From: Candidatus Bathyarchaeota archaeon
Lineage (GTDB): Archaea; Thermoproteota; Bathyarchaeia; Bathyarchaeales; Bathycorpusculaceae
NCBI GenBank assembly: GCA_963775465.1
Contig: CAVZIW010000002.1
Span: forward strand, 1-64,000
Length of the DNA stretch: 64,000 nucleotides
Direction: 5' to 3'
Numbering within the stretch: the stretch's first letter is position 1; the number at the start of each line of letters is the position of its first letter. This document shows, piece after piece, positions 28,922 to 39,480 of this stretch. The notes under the pieces are model-generated. The model worked only from the letters and a program-made list of their open reading frames with translations. It ran no database searches and was not told where the DNA came from. A program made the translations under genes and the position numbers.

Positions 28922-30466
28922 ATGGCTGCTAACATAGAGTTAATTATAGCCGTATTCCTACTCGCCTCTTTTGTAGCAGCCATTATATCATTGCGGTTTA
29001 AAACTCCTTATACCCTTGTTTTGGTTCTAATCGGTGTCGGTGTGACAGCTATTGCAACCTTGCTTACCTTCAACGGAAGCCCTTTTCAAGGAATCTCAAC
29101 CGCAATAATAGACCAAATCCGATCTTTTGATAATCTGCTTCTTGAAGGAGGAGGAAGCGGCTTTTTTGTCGGAATAGTGGTGCCGCCGCTTGTTTTTGAA
29201 TCCATGATGCATATTCGAGCCGGAGATTTGCGAGCTGTAATTAGACCATCAGTTGCATTAGCTACACTTGGCGTTATAATCGCTACCTTAGTAGGAGGCT
29301 TAGTGCTTTGGCTTGTTGGGCTGCCTTTCTACGTTGCTTTCTTGTTTGCTGCGTTAATAGCCCCCACAGATGTCGTTACCATCTTGGAAGTCTTCCGCAG
29401 GATAAAAGTGCCCCCAAAACTCACTATTCTTCTAAATACAGAAGCTGCTTTCAACGACGCAACGGCTATAGTCGTCTTCACGATAATCCTTTCAACAGCA
29501 GCTTTACATCAAGCTGGGTTTCTTGAAGCAGCAGGTAGTTTTGGTTTCACACTTATCGGTGGTCTACTGGTAGGCTTGGGTATAGGCTTCGTAGCAGAAT
29601 TGTTGTCTAGTTTAATTGAAGATAGAGTAGCTGAATGTATACTTACGATCTCTGCTGTCTATGGCTCTTTTGCACTCGCCACCGGTATAGGTGCTTCAGG
29701 CATTATCGCTGTTGCAGTAACTGGGCTATACTTCGGTAATTTCACGATGCGAACCGCTATGGAATCTGCGACCAGACATACAATAAAGATGTTTTGGGAA
29801 GTAATTGCTTTTCTCGCAAACTCAGTTGCGTTCTTATTCATTGGTTTCCAAAGTGATTTGCCTACCCTTTGGGAATCGGTTGGGCTTATAGCTGCAGCGT
29901 TTTTAGCTGTGACTATTGCTCGCGCCGCGGCTGTTTATCCGATATTCGCTTTCTTTAGCCGAAGAGGTGAAAAAATACCTATAGTATGGAGCAGTATTGC
30001 TTTTCTAGGCGGTGTCAGAGGAGCTTTGTCGATTGTGCTTGCAGCAACGATTACCACTTCTGCAGTCATCTCGTTAACTGATATATCTATAATACGCACC
30101 ATGGCTTTAGGTGTCGCATTCGTATCAATAACGATTCAAGTGCCAATATTATCTCGGTATGTCAAGAGCAAATTCAAACATGATCAATCTGAACCCGAAG
30201 TCAAAGTGGAAGAGAAACTCTGCGCTATTAGTGCTTCTATCGAAGAAACATGCCACCTTAGAAACGAAAGCAAAATCTCCGCAGAAGAGTTCACTTACAA
30301 GTTGGAAGAAAATAAAGACAAGTTGGAAGAAGCCCTTCATGAATCTCCTGTAATGCTTGAAACCAAGCAAATTATCCAGGATCGAATCTCGATGGTTTCA
30401 TCGCTTGTGAAGAAGCAACCAAGAACGCGGACAAAAAAGGGTAAAAAAACTAAAAAGAAACAATAA
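28922..30466 (+). CDS. Na+/H+ antiporter (CPA1, NhaP-like)
   Basis: PTDVV, EAAFND, GGVRGA; multi-TM. Confidence 0.9.
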   Translation: MAANIELIIAVFLLASFVAAIISLRFKTPYTLVLVLIGVGVTAIATLLTFNGSPFQGISTAIIDQIRSFDNLLLEGGGSGFFVGIVVPPLVFESMMHIRAGDLRAVIRPSVALATLGVIIATLVGGLVLWLVGLPFYVAFLFAALIAPTDVVTILEVFRRIKVPPKLTILLNTEAAFNDATAIVVFTIILSTAALHQAGFLEAAGSFGFTLIGGLLVGLGIGFVAELLSSLIEDRVAECILTISAVYGSFALATGIGASGIIAVAVTGLYFGNFTMRTAMESATRHTIKMFWEVIAFLANSVAFLFIGFQSDLPTLWESVGLIAAAFLAVTIARAAAVYPIFAFFSRRGEKIPIVWSSIAFLGGVRGALSIVLAATITTSAVISLTDISIIRTMALGVAFVSITIQVPILSRYVKSKFKHDQSEPEVKVEEKLCAISASIEETCHLRNESKISAEEFTYKLEENKDKLEEALHESPVMLETKQIIQDRISMVSSLVKKQPRTRTKKGKKTKKKQ

Positions 30467-30570
30467 CGGGTTTGGTTATCCTGCTGCTAAAATCAGCATT
30501 TATAGTTTTACTAAAAATAATAAATTTAATTAACAAAAATACTATTACAAAGTGACAAAAGGTTGGAAGT

Positions 30571-30891
30571 GTGCATATGGTCTTTGTGCCCTCAATAAAA
30601 GAGAGCAAACTTAAAGATGGCAAAATGAAATCTGTGTGGGTTAAAGGAAACTCTATTCTTCTGGCGAAAGTTGATGGACAAATTTTCGGGGTTTCAAATA
30701 AATGTCCACATATGGGCTGTGAACTTCAAGGTGGTATTCTTAATGGTTTTGTTGTGATGTGTCCGTGTCATGGTTGGAAATTCGACTTACGCAACGGCCA
30801 ATACATCGAAATTCCTGAAGTTACACTGACAACTTATCGTTGCATTGTTCAAAATGATAAGATTTATGTAGAAATCAAAGAAGACGAGTAA
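30571..30891 (+). CDS. Rieske 2Fe-2S ferredoxin
   Basis: CPH...CPCHGW. Confidence 0.9.
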   Translation: MHMVFVPSIKESKLKDGKMKSVWVKGNSILLAKVDGQIFGVSNKCPHMGCELQGGILNGFVVMCPCHGWKFDLRNGQYIEIPEVTLTTYRCIVQNDKIYVEIKEDE

Positions 30892-30896
30892 CTTAC

Positions 30897-31586
30897 TCAT
30901 TTACTATTGCAGATTTTTAATATTTCCTTAAAATCGGTCAGTTCATAATCAGGTTTCCCAGGAATCAGCTTCTTTTGTCCATATTTAGACAAAACTGTTT
31001 TTAAACCAACTTTTTTTGCAGGTTTAATGTCTCTCTCCACCGAGTCACCTACCATAAGAATTTCTTCCTCTGCTATATTCGGTAACTCTTTTCTAAGCAT
31101 TTCGAGCGCCAACACCAGTGGCAAACCAGTGCTTTTCAAACTATTTGTATCTTCATACCCGACAACAAAACTAAAAAATTGTTCAATACCCATTCCCATC
31201 AATCTTTGGTACGCTTTGGTTTTGGGTGCATCCGTGACGATTGATAGGAAAATTCCTTTTTTCTTCAATTTGCTCAGAGTCGGTTTTACATTGGGGTAAG
31301 GTTTCAGACATTTGCTTTTTGCATCCAGGTAAGCGTTTATGGCTGCTGCAAGAATTTTATGGTTAAATTGACCGATACCTTTTAAAAATTCTGAAAATGC
31401 GATGTTGGATTCGATTCCTACGTCAAAATACTTTTTTATTAACTGCTCGTATGCTTCTAATTCGTCCATTTGCAATCCAGCCACAACCATTGCGTGAATG
31501 GCTGCTTTGCACGATTCCTCCTTCATCTGCAAGAAATCAACTAAGGTATTGTCGAGATCAAAGAATATTGCTTTGATATTGGGCAT
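30897..31586 (-). CDS. HAD-family hydrolase
   Basis: FDLDNTL, VTD, MVGDS..RDI. Confidence 0.9.
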   Translation of the reverse strand: MPNIKAIFFDLDNTLVDFLQMKEESCKAAIHAMVVAGLQMDELEAYEQLIKKYFDVGIESNIAFSEFLKGIGQFNHKILAAAINAYLDAKSKCLKPYPNVKPTLSKLKKKGIFLSIVTDAPKTKAYQRLMGMGIEQFFSFVVGYEDTNSLKSTGLPLVLALEMLRKELPNIAEEEILMVGDSVERDIKPAKKVGLKTVLSKYGQKKLIPGKPDYELTDFKEILKICNSK

Positions 31587-31949
31587 GATAGGTTACCTTT
31601 ACTTGAAAGGTTGAATTTACGTTTTCTGCTCAGCTTTGTTTTTGATAAAACAACTTAAACTAATCCTGGCAATTTATGTGGTAATGACTGAATATTAGAA
31701 CTCCGCCTGTTTCGCCGTAAATACAAAGAATTTTCGCTGTGATATTGTTGGTTTTCGATTGTTCCTATAATTAAGATAGATCTAACTACTCTACTTCCGA
31801 TTTTATCTGGAAACAAAACAATTACAAGATTGAATTTGAAAAACTCCAAAGCACCTAAAAATGCGCTTTCTATGTAAATTAAGGGTAAATACAATAATGC
31901 ACACGTAAGTTAAAGACAACAGCAGTAACCAAAAGTTGGCGGCAAGTCA

Positions 31950-34900
31950 GTGAGCGATGAAAACTTCAGCATGGAAATTTCAGATGTTGATCATGATTCA
32001 AGTGATGATTCTTTAACTGCCTCAGGAATAGCGGAATACATTCGCTTCAACTGTTGCCCACGATTTTTCAAACTAAAATTCGAAGGAAAAGAAATAAAGA
32101 AACGCCGATGGCCTGAAGCATTCAAACCAATCAGTCCCCTACTCTATGGCGCAGGCAAAGCCCTTGAAGAAAAAAAGGTAGCTGAACTCCGAGAAAGAGG
32201 CGCCGAATACATTGATTTCACAAAATACGACCCTCATACCAACGGTTGGAGAAAAGCCGTTGACTCCATGAACAATCTGCGTTATGTTATTGAGCATCAA
32301 ACATCTGAAGGAGAAAAAATTGATAGTCGACCTGTTTTGCTCTATCAGGTTCCAATGATTGGCCAGATTGGCGTTTGGAATGTTAAGGGCATTGCTGATT
32401 TGATTGCTATCTGGCCACTCAAAGATGGCAAAGTAAAAGTTAGGATTTTTGAGCTTAAAGCTTCTTGGAAGGAGCAGACTGCCCATCGAATCCAAGTTGC
32501 AATTTATGTTTTGTTACTTTCCAGAGAATTAGGTGAATTGAAGTCCAAAGTCGAGCTCGAAGGCGGAGTTATCAATAGAGAAACAGATCTTAAAAAGCTC
32601 GATGCTGATAGCCTTCCTAAGTTTAAACTAAGCCCCCTTGTTCAGGATGTTGAGCGTTTGCTTGCTAAGAACGGCGAATTGAACCGCATTCATAACACTC
32701 AGTTAGAGAATGTAGAGTTTCAGCTTTGCTGGAGATGCGAAAACTGCGGATTTAACGAATGCTGTATAGTTTGTGCAGTAGAAAATGAGACGATTGCTTT
32801 GCTTAATTTGAGCAGAGGCGAACAGAAAGCGCTTGGACATTATGGAATCAAGTATTTAGAGGATTTGGCAAAACTAAAATTCCCTTCAGAATCATCCAAT
32901 TCGCGACCCTTCGATTTCAAAGACATTTCCGCACGAGACCCAGCTAAGGTTCATGAGATTTCAACGGACCCCGTGGTCGGAGCTAAGCTAGATTGGTTGA
33001 TTGAGCGAGCCCAATACATGCTCGGTGGCATTCGACCCAGCAGTATGTTTGCGGGAAAAAACAGATGGATGCCTTGGCTGAGTGGAACAGGCTACGGCAG
33101 CCTCCCTGAAGATAGCCCAGTTGCAGGAACAGACACAGCCCTTATGTCGCGCCCTGAAAGTATGATTCGTGTTTACCTTTTCGTCGAATGGGACTACATG
33201 TTAGACGTTGTTTCCTTAATTAGTGCCCGTGTAAGCTGTACACGCTACAGAGCCGAACCAATTAGTGTGTCTAAAGTAATTGCCAATCTTCCAGACGACC
33301 ACCAAAAGTGTCTAGACGAAGAAAAAAAACTACTAGAGGACTTCTTCAAGGAATTGACGGAAGCAATAACCAAAGTGGCAAATGAAGTCGGCAGTCCCGA
33401 TGAAGCACCCATCCACCTTTACTTCTTTAGCCGGCAAGAACGTGACATGTTAATGAAAAGCGTTTGTCGTCAACCCTCCGTTATGGGTGCTCGAGCAGTC
33501 CGCGACCTTTTAGGGCTCAGACAAGCAATCGACCAGCCCATGTTCTCCATTATCCAAGACGAAGTACAACATAGAAAGGCACTAAAATTTCACAGCTATG
33601 GTCTTTTGCCAATTCTTGAGCAATCAAACTATTTTGACCGAAACAACTGGAGGGTAAAACGCGAAGATGGCTCGATAATTGATTTAAAATTGGTTTTCCG
33701 GGATGGACTATTTAATTACGCTTTGCCTTACCACAGAAACCCCGATGGATCAATAACTTTTCTAAAAGACGGTCAATATGACGGTTACTATCCAGCACGC
33801 GCCCGCTTCGGCGACCAAATACCCATAGAATATTTATGGGCAGCAAAGGGACGACTGGACAACTTTACCGATGTAAAGGGTCCAGCCAAGATTCTTTTGG
33901 ATAAACGCAAATGGTGTGATTACCCCCAAAAAACCCATCGAATAACCGATGAAGAACTCACCCTTATGGGCTCCAAAATCTGCATGGCACTTGAACATAT
34001 TGAACGATCCCTATCAATACGTAACAGACGACTAGGAAAAAAACCCATTCCTATTCCAACAATCTCCAGTTTTTCCCTAGGCGACTCAACTCTAGAGCGA
34101 AGTTGCAGAGAATTCCTAGACTTAGAATACTTCTCCAAACGTCAAGAAATGTATCAACACTACGCTCTACTTCCTTACCAGCGAGTTGCTTCAGGCAGAT
34201 CATTGATTTTTGAGTGCGCTAGCGTGTTTGAATCTGAGAAGGAATTCGTTGTAAAAGGTAAACTTGTTTACGAAGGCATTGGCTTGCCCAAAGCTGACTG
34301 CATAGCCAACGCTTGCCGAGTTAAAGGCGCAGACGGTTCCAGTTCAGGCGACTGGATGGTTCTATCAGAACTTCATCGAAATGAACAGGGTCAATTTGAG
34401 GAAAATCAGAGGCGTTCCCCTTCAGAAGTAGAAAAATCAGCACGCGCTATAGTTCAAAAAGTTGACATTCCAAAACTTGAGGTCACCGTCAAAGTTCTGA
34501 CTTATCCGAGAAGCAAAGGCAGCAAATACAGCGCTTGGCACAACCTTCCTACACTTGACCCCGAAAAAGCCCAAAACAACAAGTTCTCACAACTGTTTGA
34601 AATAGGTCGGTTCTACATTTTAGATGAATTAGCAGATGATATTATTTCTGATCGTGCAGCCAAATGCCTCGACTACCATGGAACAAATGTTCTTTATTGT
34701 CTATTAGCAAGCTATTTGGCAGGAAAACTGGGAGATTCAACACACACCGCCCTTTCAAAGGTGGAGGCTGCATCTTTTCTGCGTTGGGTTAAAGGTAGAC
34801 GTTATCCGCCTAAAGATGAACAAGCCCGATTCGTTGACCGCGTTTTCAGCAAAGAGCCGATTGTTATGTTGCAGGGGCCGCCTGGAACGGGAAAAACCGA

Positions 34901-36290
34901 GACACTGCAGCTGGCAGTTTTAGCTCACGTTGCAGCTCACAAGGAATCGAGATGCCGCGTATTGATGGTTGCCCCAACCCACAAAGCAATCCAGGAATTC
35001 GTTGCTAAACTTGCCCGCTGCTGGCAAGAGTACACAAATTCGGGTGGTAAAGACCTCAAAGACTTAAAGATTTTCCGAGTGCTTAGTAGCAATGTTGCCT
35101 CTGCCAAACCCATTGAGGGAGTCACTTATATCAATTATAATGAAGACCAACAAACTGTCGAAGAAATCTCTGACTGTTTAATGAATCAATCAACCTTAAA
35201 TGCAGACGTTATGGGGTCTTATCCTCTTGTTCTTTGCTTAACGCCGCCTGGTTTGTATGGTTTGATGAAGAAGATAGGTGATAAAGAGCCACCTTGGAGT
35301 CAAGGATTCTTTGACATGTTAGTGGTTGACGAAGCCAGCATGATGCGTCTACCCGAACTCATCCTTTCAGGTAGCTTTCTGTCAAAAAACAGTCAAATCC
35401 TTGTTGCTGGTGACCACCGACAGCTACCCCCAATAGTAGCTCATAACTGGGAAAAAGAAGATCGCCGTACCCTGGAAGAGATGGCATCCTTCCTTTCTGC
35501 TATGGATTTTCTGCGTCTACTTCGTAATGAAGATCTGGGCATTGAACGGATTAAATGTCAAAATCCAGCTGATATTCCCGCTGAACGTCTATGTGAGAGC
35601 CATAGATGCCATTCGGTTGTTGCAAACTTTCTTAAGGAATGGGTATATGAGAAGGACCAGATCGATTTTCACTCAGATCAAAAAGGCACAATACCGCTTT
35701 CTTCTCCCAATACAAACGGGTTAAAGACTGCTCTGGAACCCGATAACGTTTTTGTGCTTATCGTTCATGATGAAGCGGAGAGTTTCCAGTCAAACCAGGT
35801 TGAAGCTTCCATTGTGCTGGCTTTAGTGCAAAATGCCCAAACTGAGAGCATAGGGATCATAACACCTCATAACGCTCAGAAAGGATTACTCAAAAACGTG
35901 TTAGTTGAGAACGGCAAAGACACTCGAGTTGACACAGTGGAACGCTATCAAGGCGGCGAAGCAGACTTAATAATCATCTCTTCAACTGTTAGTGATCCTG
36001 ATTATGTCCGAAGCGAAAGTGACTTCTTGCTCAATCTTAACCGCATCAACGTAGCAATCTCTCGCATGAGAAAGAAACTTGTCATAGTTGCGAGCCGATC
36101 TATTTTCGAATTCATGCCCCAAAATGCCAGAGATTACGATAAAGCGCTTCTCTGGCGTGGGATTTCTGAAACTGTTGGCTTTACTGCAGATTCGAAACCT
36201 GATTGGAGTGGCGATTTATCGGCATTCATTGGGAAAATGGCTAATTCCCACGCTAGAGTTGAAGTTTACGTTAAATCGCAGAAGACATAA
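31950..36290 (+). CDS. PD-(D/E)xK (Cas4/RecB-like) nuclease fused to SF1 Upf1/Dna2-like helicase
   Basis: NCCPR, ADL..ELK..Q...Y, CENC....C; GPPGTGKT, DEAS, GDHRQL, TVERYQG, NRINVAISR. Confidence 0.85.
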   Translation: MSDENFSMEISDVDHDSSDDSLTASGIAEYIRFNCCPRFFKLKFEGKEIKKRRWPEAFKPISPLLYGAGKALEEKKVAELRERGAEYIDFTKYDPHTNGWRKAVDSMNNLRYVIEHQTSEGEKIDSRPVLLYQVPMIGQIGVWNVKGIADLIAIWPLKDGKVKVRIFELKASWKEQTAHRIQVAIYVLLLSRELGELKSKVELEGGVINRETDLKKLDADSLPKFKLSPLVQDVERLLAKNGELNRIHNTQLENVEFQLCWRCENCGFNECCIVCAVENETIALLNLSRGEQKALGHYGIKYLEDLAKLKFPSESSNSRPFDFKDISARDPAKVHEISTDPVVGAKLDWLIERAQYMLGGIRPSSMFAGKNRWMPWLSGTGYGSLPEDSPVAGTDTALMSRPESMIRVYLFVEWDYMLDVVSLISARVSCTRYRAEPISVSKVIANLPDDHQKCLDEEKKLLEDFFKELTEAITKVANEVGSPDEAPIHLYFFSRQERDMLMKSVCRQPSVMGARAVRDLLGLRQAIDQPMFSIIQDEVQHRKALKFHSYGLLPILEQSNYFDRNNWRVKREDGSIIDLKLVFRDGLFNYALPYHRNPDGSITFLKDGQYDGYYPARARFGDQIPIEYLWAAKGRLDNFTDVKGPAKILLDKRKWCDYPQKTHRITDEELTLMGSKICMALEHIERSLSIRNRRLGKKPIPIPTISSFSLGDSTLERSCREFLDLEYFSKRQEMYQHYALLPYQRVASGRSLIFECASVFESEKEFVVKGKLVYEGIGLPKADCIANACRVKGADGSSSGDWMVLSELHRNEQGQFEENQRRSPSEVEKSARAIVQKVDIPKLEVTVKVLTYPRSKGSKYSAWHNLPTLDPEKAQNNKFSQLFEIGRFYILDELADDIISDRAAKCLDYHGTNVLYCLLASYLAGKLGDSTHTALSKVEAASFLRWVKGRRYPPKDEQARFVDRVFSKEPIVMLQGPPGTGKTETLQLAVLAHVAAHKESRCRVLMVAPTHKAIQEFVAKLARCWQEYTNSGGKDLKDLKIFRVLSSNVASAKPIEGVTYINYNEDQQTVEEISDCLMNQSTLNADVMGSYPLVLCLTPPGLYGLMKKIGDKEPPWSQGFFDMLVVDEASMMRLPELILSGSFLSKNSQILVAGDHRQLPPIVAHNWEKEDRRTLEEMASFLSAMDFLRLLRNEDLGIERIKCQNPADIPAERLCESHRCHSVVANFLKEWVYEKDQIDFHSDQKGTIPLSSPNTNGLKTALEPDNVFVLIVHDEAESFQSNQVEASIVLALVQNAQTESIGIITPHNAQKGLLKNVLVENGKDTRVDTVERYQGGEADLIIISSTVSDPDYVRSESDFLLNLNRINVAISRMRKKLVIVASRSIFEFMPQNARDYDKALLWRGISETVGFTADSKPDWSGDLSAFIGKMANSHARVEVYVKSQKT

Positions 36291-36344
36291 CAAGTCTTAA
36301 AAGCGAGCCCTAAGATAACGATTAAAAATAGAAAAGGTGTTGTC

Positions 36345-36950
36345 ATGGGGTTCCTCAAGAAATTTACAGATAAACTTACAGCTCCAGATTCTACTGTTCA
36401 TTTAAGATTTGACTGCTACTCAGTGTCGTTGGGTAACGACCTTCAAGGAACCCTTAATGTTACCTCAAAGGAAGATTTTGAAACCACCGAAGTACGATGT
36501 GAAATTGCTTGTGTTGAACGGGCTAAGGTCATTAAACAAGTCTATGACGCTAACTTGAAGCGGTCAATTCCACAAGTTGTGGAGGAATCGATTGTTATTT
36601 ACAGTGCCAAACCAGCCCTTTCAGGTCCTTCACGGTTTGTCAAAGGAGAAACCCGTGCAATCCCCGTTAATATTAATATCCCCTCGGGAGCGAGACCAAC
36701 TTATGCCGGGGTTGATAGACATGTTACATGGACCATAAAAGGCGTATTAGCAGTTGATGGTAGACCCGATAAAACAACCGAGATAAGCGAAATCCAAGTT
36801 CTAACTCCTGCTCCAACCATTCAAAGTCAAGTCGCAGTTCAGAAGGAAGTAGTTCGAACGATCGTAATGATTCCCTGCAAGTACTGTCAAGGACTAATGG
36901 AGCAAACTTTGACGGTGTGCCCTAACTGCGGCGCCAAAAGGACTGTTTGA
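36345..36950 (+). CDS. Arrestin-N/SpoOM-like protein with C-terminal zinc ribbon
   Basis: Beta-sandwich pattern (G.L.V.S.E.F...E; P....PTY.G....V.W), CKYC...CPNC. Confidence 0.65.
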   Translation: MGFLKKFTDKLTAPDSTVHLRFDCYSVSLGNDLQGTLNVTSKEDFETTEVRCEIACVERAKVIKQVYDANLKRSIPQVVEESIVIYSAKPALSGPSRFVKGETRAIPVNINIPSGARPTYAGVDRHVTWTIKGVLAVDGRPDKTTEISEIQVLTPAPTIQSQVAVQKEVVRTIVMIPCKYCQGLMEQTLTVCPNCGAKRTV

Positions 36951-37013
36951 TATAAAACAATTCTTTTCATATTCATGAAATTTTTCTTCTAAAATAGAGG
37001 AAAAAAACGAGAG

Positions 37014-38426
37014 TTAGTTTCTATATAGCATAAATTCTTCATGGATTGCTTTTACGACTGCTACTCCATCTTTTTCTTTGACCACAAACGAAATGTTCAG
37101 CTCCGAGCTACCTTGCGCGATCATGCGGATGTTAATGCACTTTTTAGCGACTATGCTAAAAATTTTTGATGCAACTCCCAAGGTACCTTTCATGTTGGCT
37201 CCCATGACTGCAATTACTGCAACGTCGTCTTCGGCTGTAACTTCACTGACTACTCCACCCCTCTCCAAGAGTGCGATTTCGAGGTTACTGATAGCTCTGC
37301 CTAAGACTGCGCGTCTAATTATCATCGAGATGTTTGCTTCAGAAACTGCGGTAGATATCATCATGACGTTAATGTTGTTCTTACCTAAAACATCGAAGAC
37401 TTTTGCGTAGCTTCCTGGAGCGCCTACCATTGCGGCCCCGTTAATGTTTATCATAGCAACATCTTTTATCATAGCAACTGCTTTCACAGGGGTTGCTTCA
37501 TTGGCTGCAGGCTCTTTAGTTATGAGTGTTCCTTCATTCTCAGGGTGGGCTGTGTTGCGGATTCTCACAGGAATGTTTTCTTTAATGACTGGCGCTAATG
37601 CCCGTGGATGCATTGCTTTGGCTCCAAAAATTGCCATTTCAGCTGCTTCCTGGTAACTCAATTGGGGTAGCATTCTTGCGGACGGGACAATTTTAGGATC
37701 CGTAGTCATGATGCCGTCAACATCGGTCCATATCCAGACCTCATCAACATGGAGAGCAACTCCAAGGATGGTTGCAGTGTAATCTGAACCTCCACGCCCC
37801 ACAGTAGTAACAATTCCATCCTGGTTTGCTGCAATAAATCCAGTAACGACCGGAATAATTCCTTTTTCAAAAAGCGGTCCAAGCCTTTCACCGATAAGGT
37901 GACATGTAAAATTCATTAGTGGGTCGGCTTCACCAAAGTTAGAGTCTGTAACAATGCCCGCTTCTTTGCCTGTGAAAACTTGGGTTTCAACTTCACAGTC
38001 TTTTATTGCACCCCAAACAATGGGTGCGGAAAGCCGCTCGCCAAAAGAGACAACGTAGTCTTTAGATTTCGGGGTAAGCTCACCAACATAACAGATGCCT
38101 GTTAGGACTTTTTCTAGTTCGGAGAGTGTTTTTTCCGTGATTTGTGTTACTTCTTTTTGGATTTGTTTGTCAGCTATTGCAGCTGATATAGCTTCTTTGT
38201 GTTTTTGGAGCAACTGAGTTGTAAAGTTTTCAATTTGTTTTTCGTCGCTTTTTTTGGCTTGACAAGCAGTTTCAAGAAGGCTGTTTGTTACTCCTGCTAA
38301 CGCAGAAACTACCACGGCAATTTTGTAATCATCTTTAGCGTACTTTGCGACTAAGTCAGCAACGTGACGTATGCTGCCGCCTGTTCCAACACTTGTTCCG
38401 CCGAACTTCATGACGATTTTCTTCAT
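37014..38426 (-). CDS. lysC: Aspartate kinase (two ACT domains)
   Basis: KFGGTSV, GERLS, GRGGSDYT, DVDG, QGSSE. Confidence 0.95.
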   Translation of the reverse strand: MKKIVMKFGGTSVGTGGSIRHVADLVAKYAKDDYKIAVVVSALAGVTNSLLETACQAKKSDEKQIENFTTQLLQKHKEAISAAIADKQIQKEVTQITEKTLSELEKVLTGICYVGELTPKSKDYVVSFGERLSAPIVWGAIKDCEVETQVFTGKEAGIVTDSNFGEADPLMNFTCHLIGERLGPLFEKGIIPVVTGFIAANQDGIVTTVGRGGSDYTATILGVALHVDEVWIWTDVDGIMTTDPKIVPSARMLPQLSYQEAAEMAIFGAKAMHPRALAPVIKENIPVRIRNTAHPENEGTLITKEPAANEATPVKAVAMIKDVAMININGAAMVGAPGSYAKVFDVLGKNNINVMMISTAVSEANISMIIRRAVLGRAISNLEIALLERGGVVSEVTAEDDVAVIAVMGANMKGTLGVASKIFSIVAKKCINIRMIAQGSSELNISFVVKEKDGVAVVKAIHEEFMLYRN

Positions 38427-38442
38427 TTTTTCTCTTGCTCTT

Positions 38443-39480
38443 TTAGTTTAGTAGTCTGTTTGCTAATTTACGTCTTATATCTAATAGGTCCCTTAAAACT
38501 GCACTGGCAGTCTCGATGCCTCCTGCGCCTCTGCCGATTAGGGTTTGATCCATTGCGTATTCAGTGGAGAAGGTTATGGCGTTCAAAACTCCCGTGACGC
38601 ACAATGGGTTGGTTATTGAAATTTCTGTAGGTTTAACTGTTATTTTGTTATCCTCTATTGAGCCTATCAGTTTGATAGTGCTGTCTTTTTTAGCGGCTTC
38701 TTCAAGCATCTGAAGGGATACATCCCTAATACCTGTTCGGTCCACATCTTTTAAGGTAATTTTTTTGTTCATTATCCAATTTGACAGAATGACTACTTTG
38801 CAGGCGGTATCAAATCCGTCTATATCCATGGATGGCTCTCGTTCAGCGTATCCTAGTTTCTGAGCGTTTGCAAGTGCATCTTGGAAAGAAACATGTTTTT
38901 GATACATTTCAGATAAGATGTAATTAGTTGTGCCGTTAAGTATGCCCTTTATTGCTAAGATTTTGTCTCCGGCAAGGCAGCGTTTTGCAAATTGCAGCAT
39001 GGGGGTTCCGCCGCCGACTGTACCGCTGAACCTCAGGTAAACATTATTGTATTCTGCAAGCTCAGTAAGGGCTGGCATGGCTAATGCTAAGGGTCCTTTG
39101 TTGGTTGTGACCACATGTTTGCCTGTTTTGAAGGCATTAGTTATGTGTGAAAGGGCTGGTTCTCCGTTTTTGATATTAACTGGTGTTACTTCTACAACTA
39201 CTTCTGCTTCCACTGATTCAATTACATCTAATGCTGATATGCCTGGGCGACCAAAATCGGGGTCTTTAGATATTGGATAGCCCTTTTGCTTGATTGCCTC
39301 GAGTTTTTCAGGGCCAAAACCACGTGGGTTTATTACTGCACCGTCTATGTCGGCGATGGCAACGATTTTCGGGTTAAACCCTGAGTCATTAACTTTTTCT
39401 TGTGTTCTACGTGCAAGAATGGTTGTTACGCCTTTTCCGACAACGCCGTACCCTACTAGAATTATCCTCATATATGTCAC
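38443..39480 (-). CDS. hom: Homoserine dehydrogenase
   Basis: GYGVVG, TNKG, GILNGTTN, GAGG.ETA. Confidence 0.95.
   Translation of the reverse strand: MTYMRIILVGYGVVGKGVTTILARRTQEKVNDSGFNPKIVAIADIDGAVINPRGFGPEKLEAIKQKGYPISKDPDFGRPGISALDVIESVEAEVVVEVTPVNIKNGEPALSHITNAFKTGKHVVTTNKGPLALAMPALTELAEYNNVYLRFSGTVGGGTPMLQFAKRCLAGDKILAIKGILNGTTNYILSEMYQKHVSFQDALANAQKLGYAEREPSMDIDGFDTACKVVILSNWIMNKKITLKDVDRTGIRDVSLQMLEEAAKKDSTIKLIGSIEDNKITVKPTEISITNPLCVTGVLNAITFSTEYAMDQTLIGRGAGGIETASAVLRDLLDIRRKLANRLLN

Noticed and set aside
31655-31894. 79-aa minus-strand ORF upstream of the nuclease-helicase
   Set aside because: AT-rich intergenic sequence, TTG start, no recognisable motif
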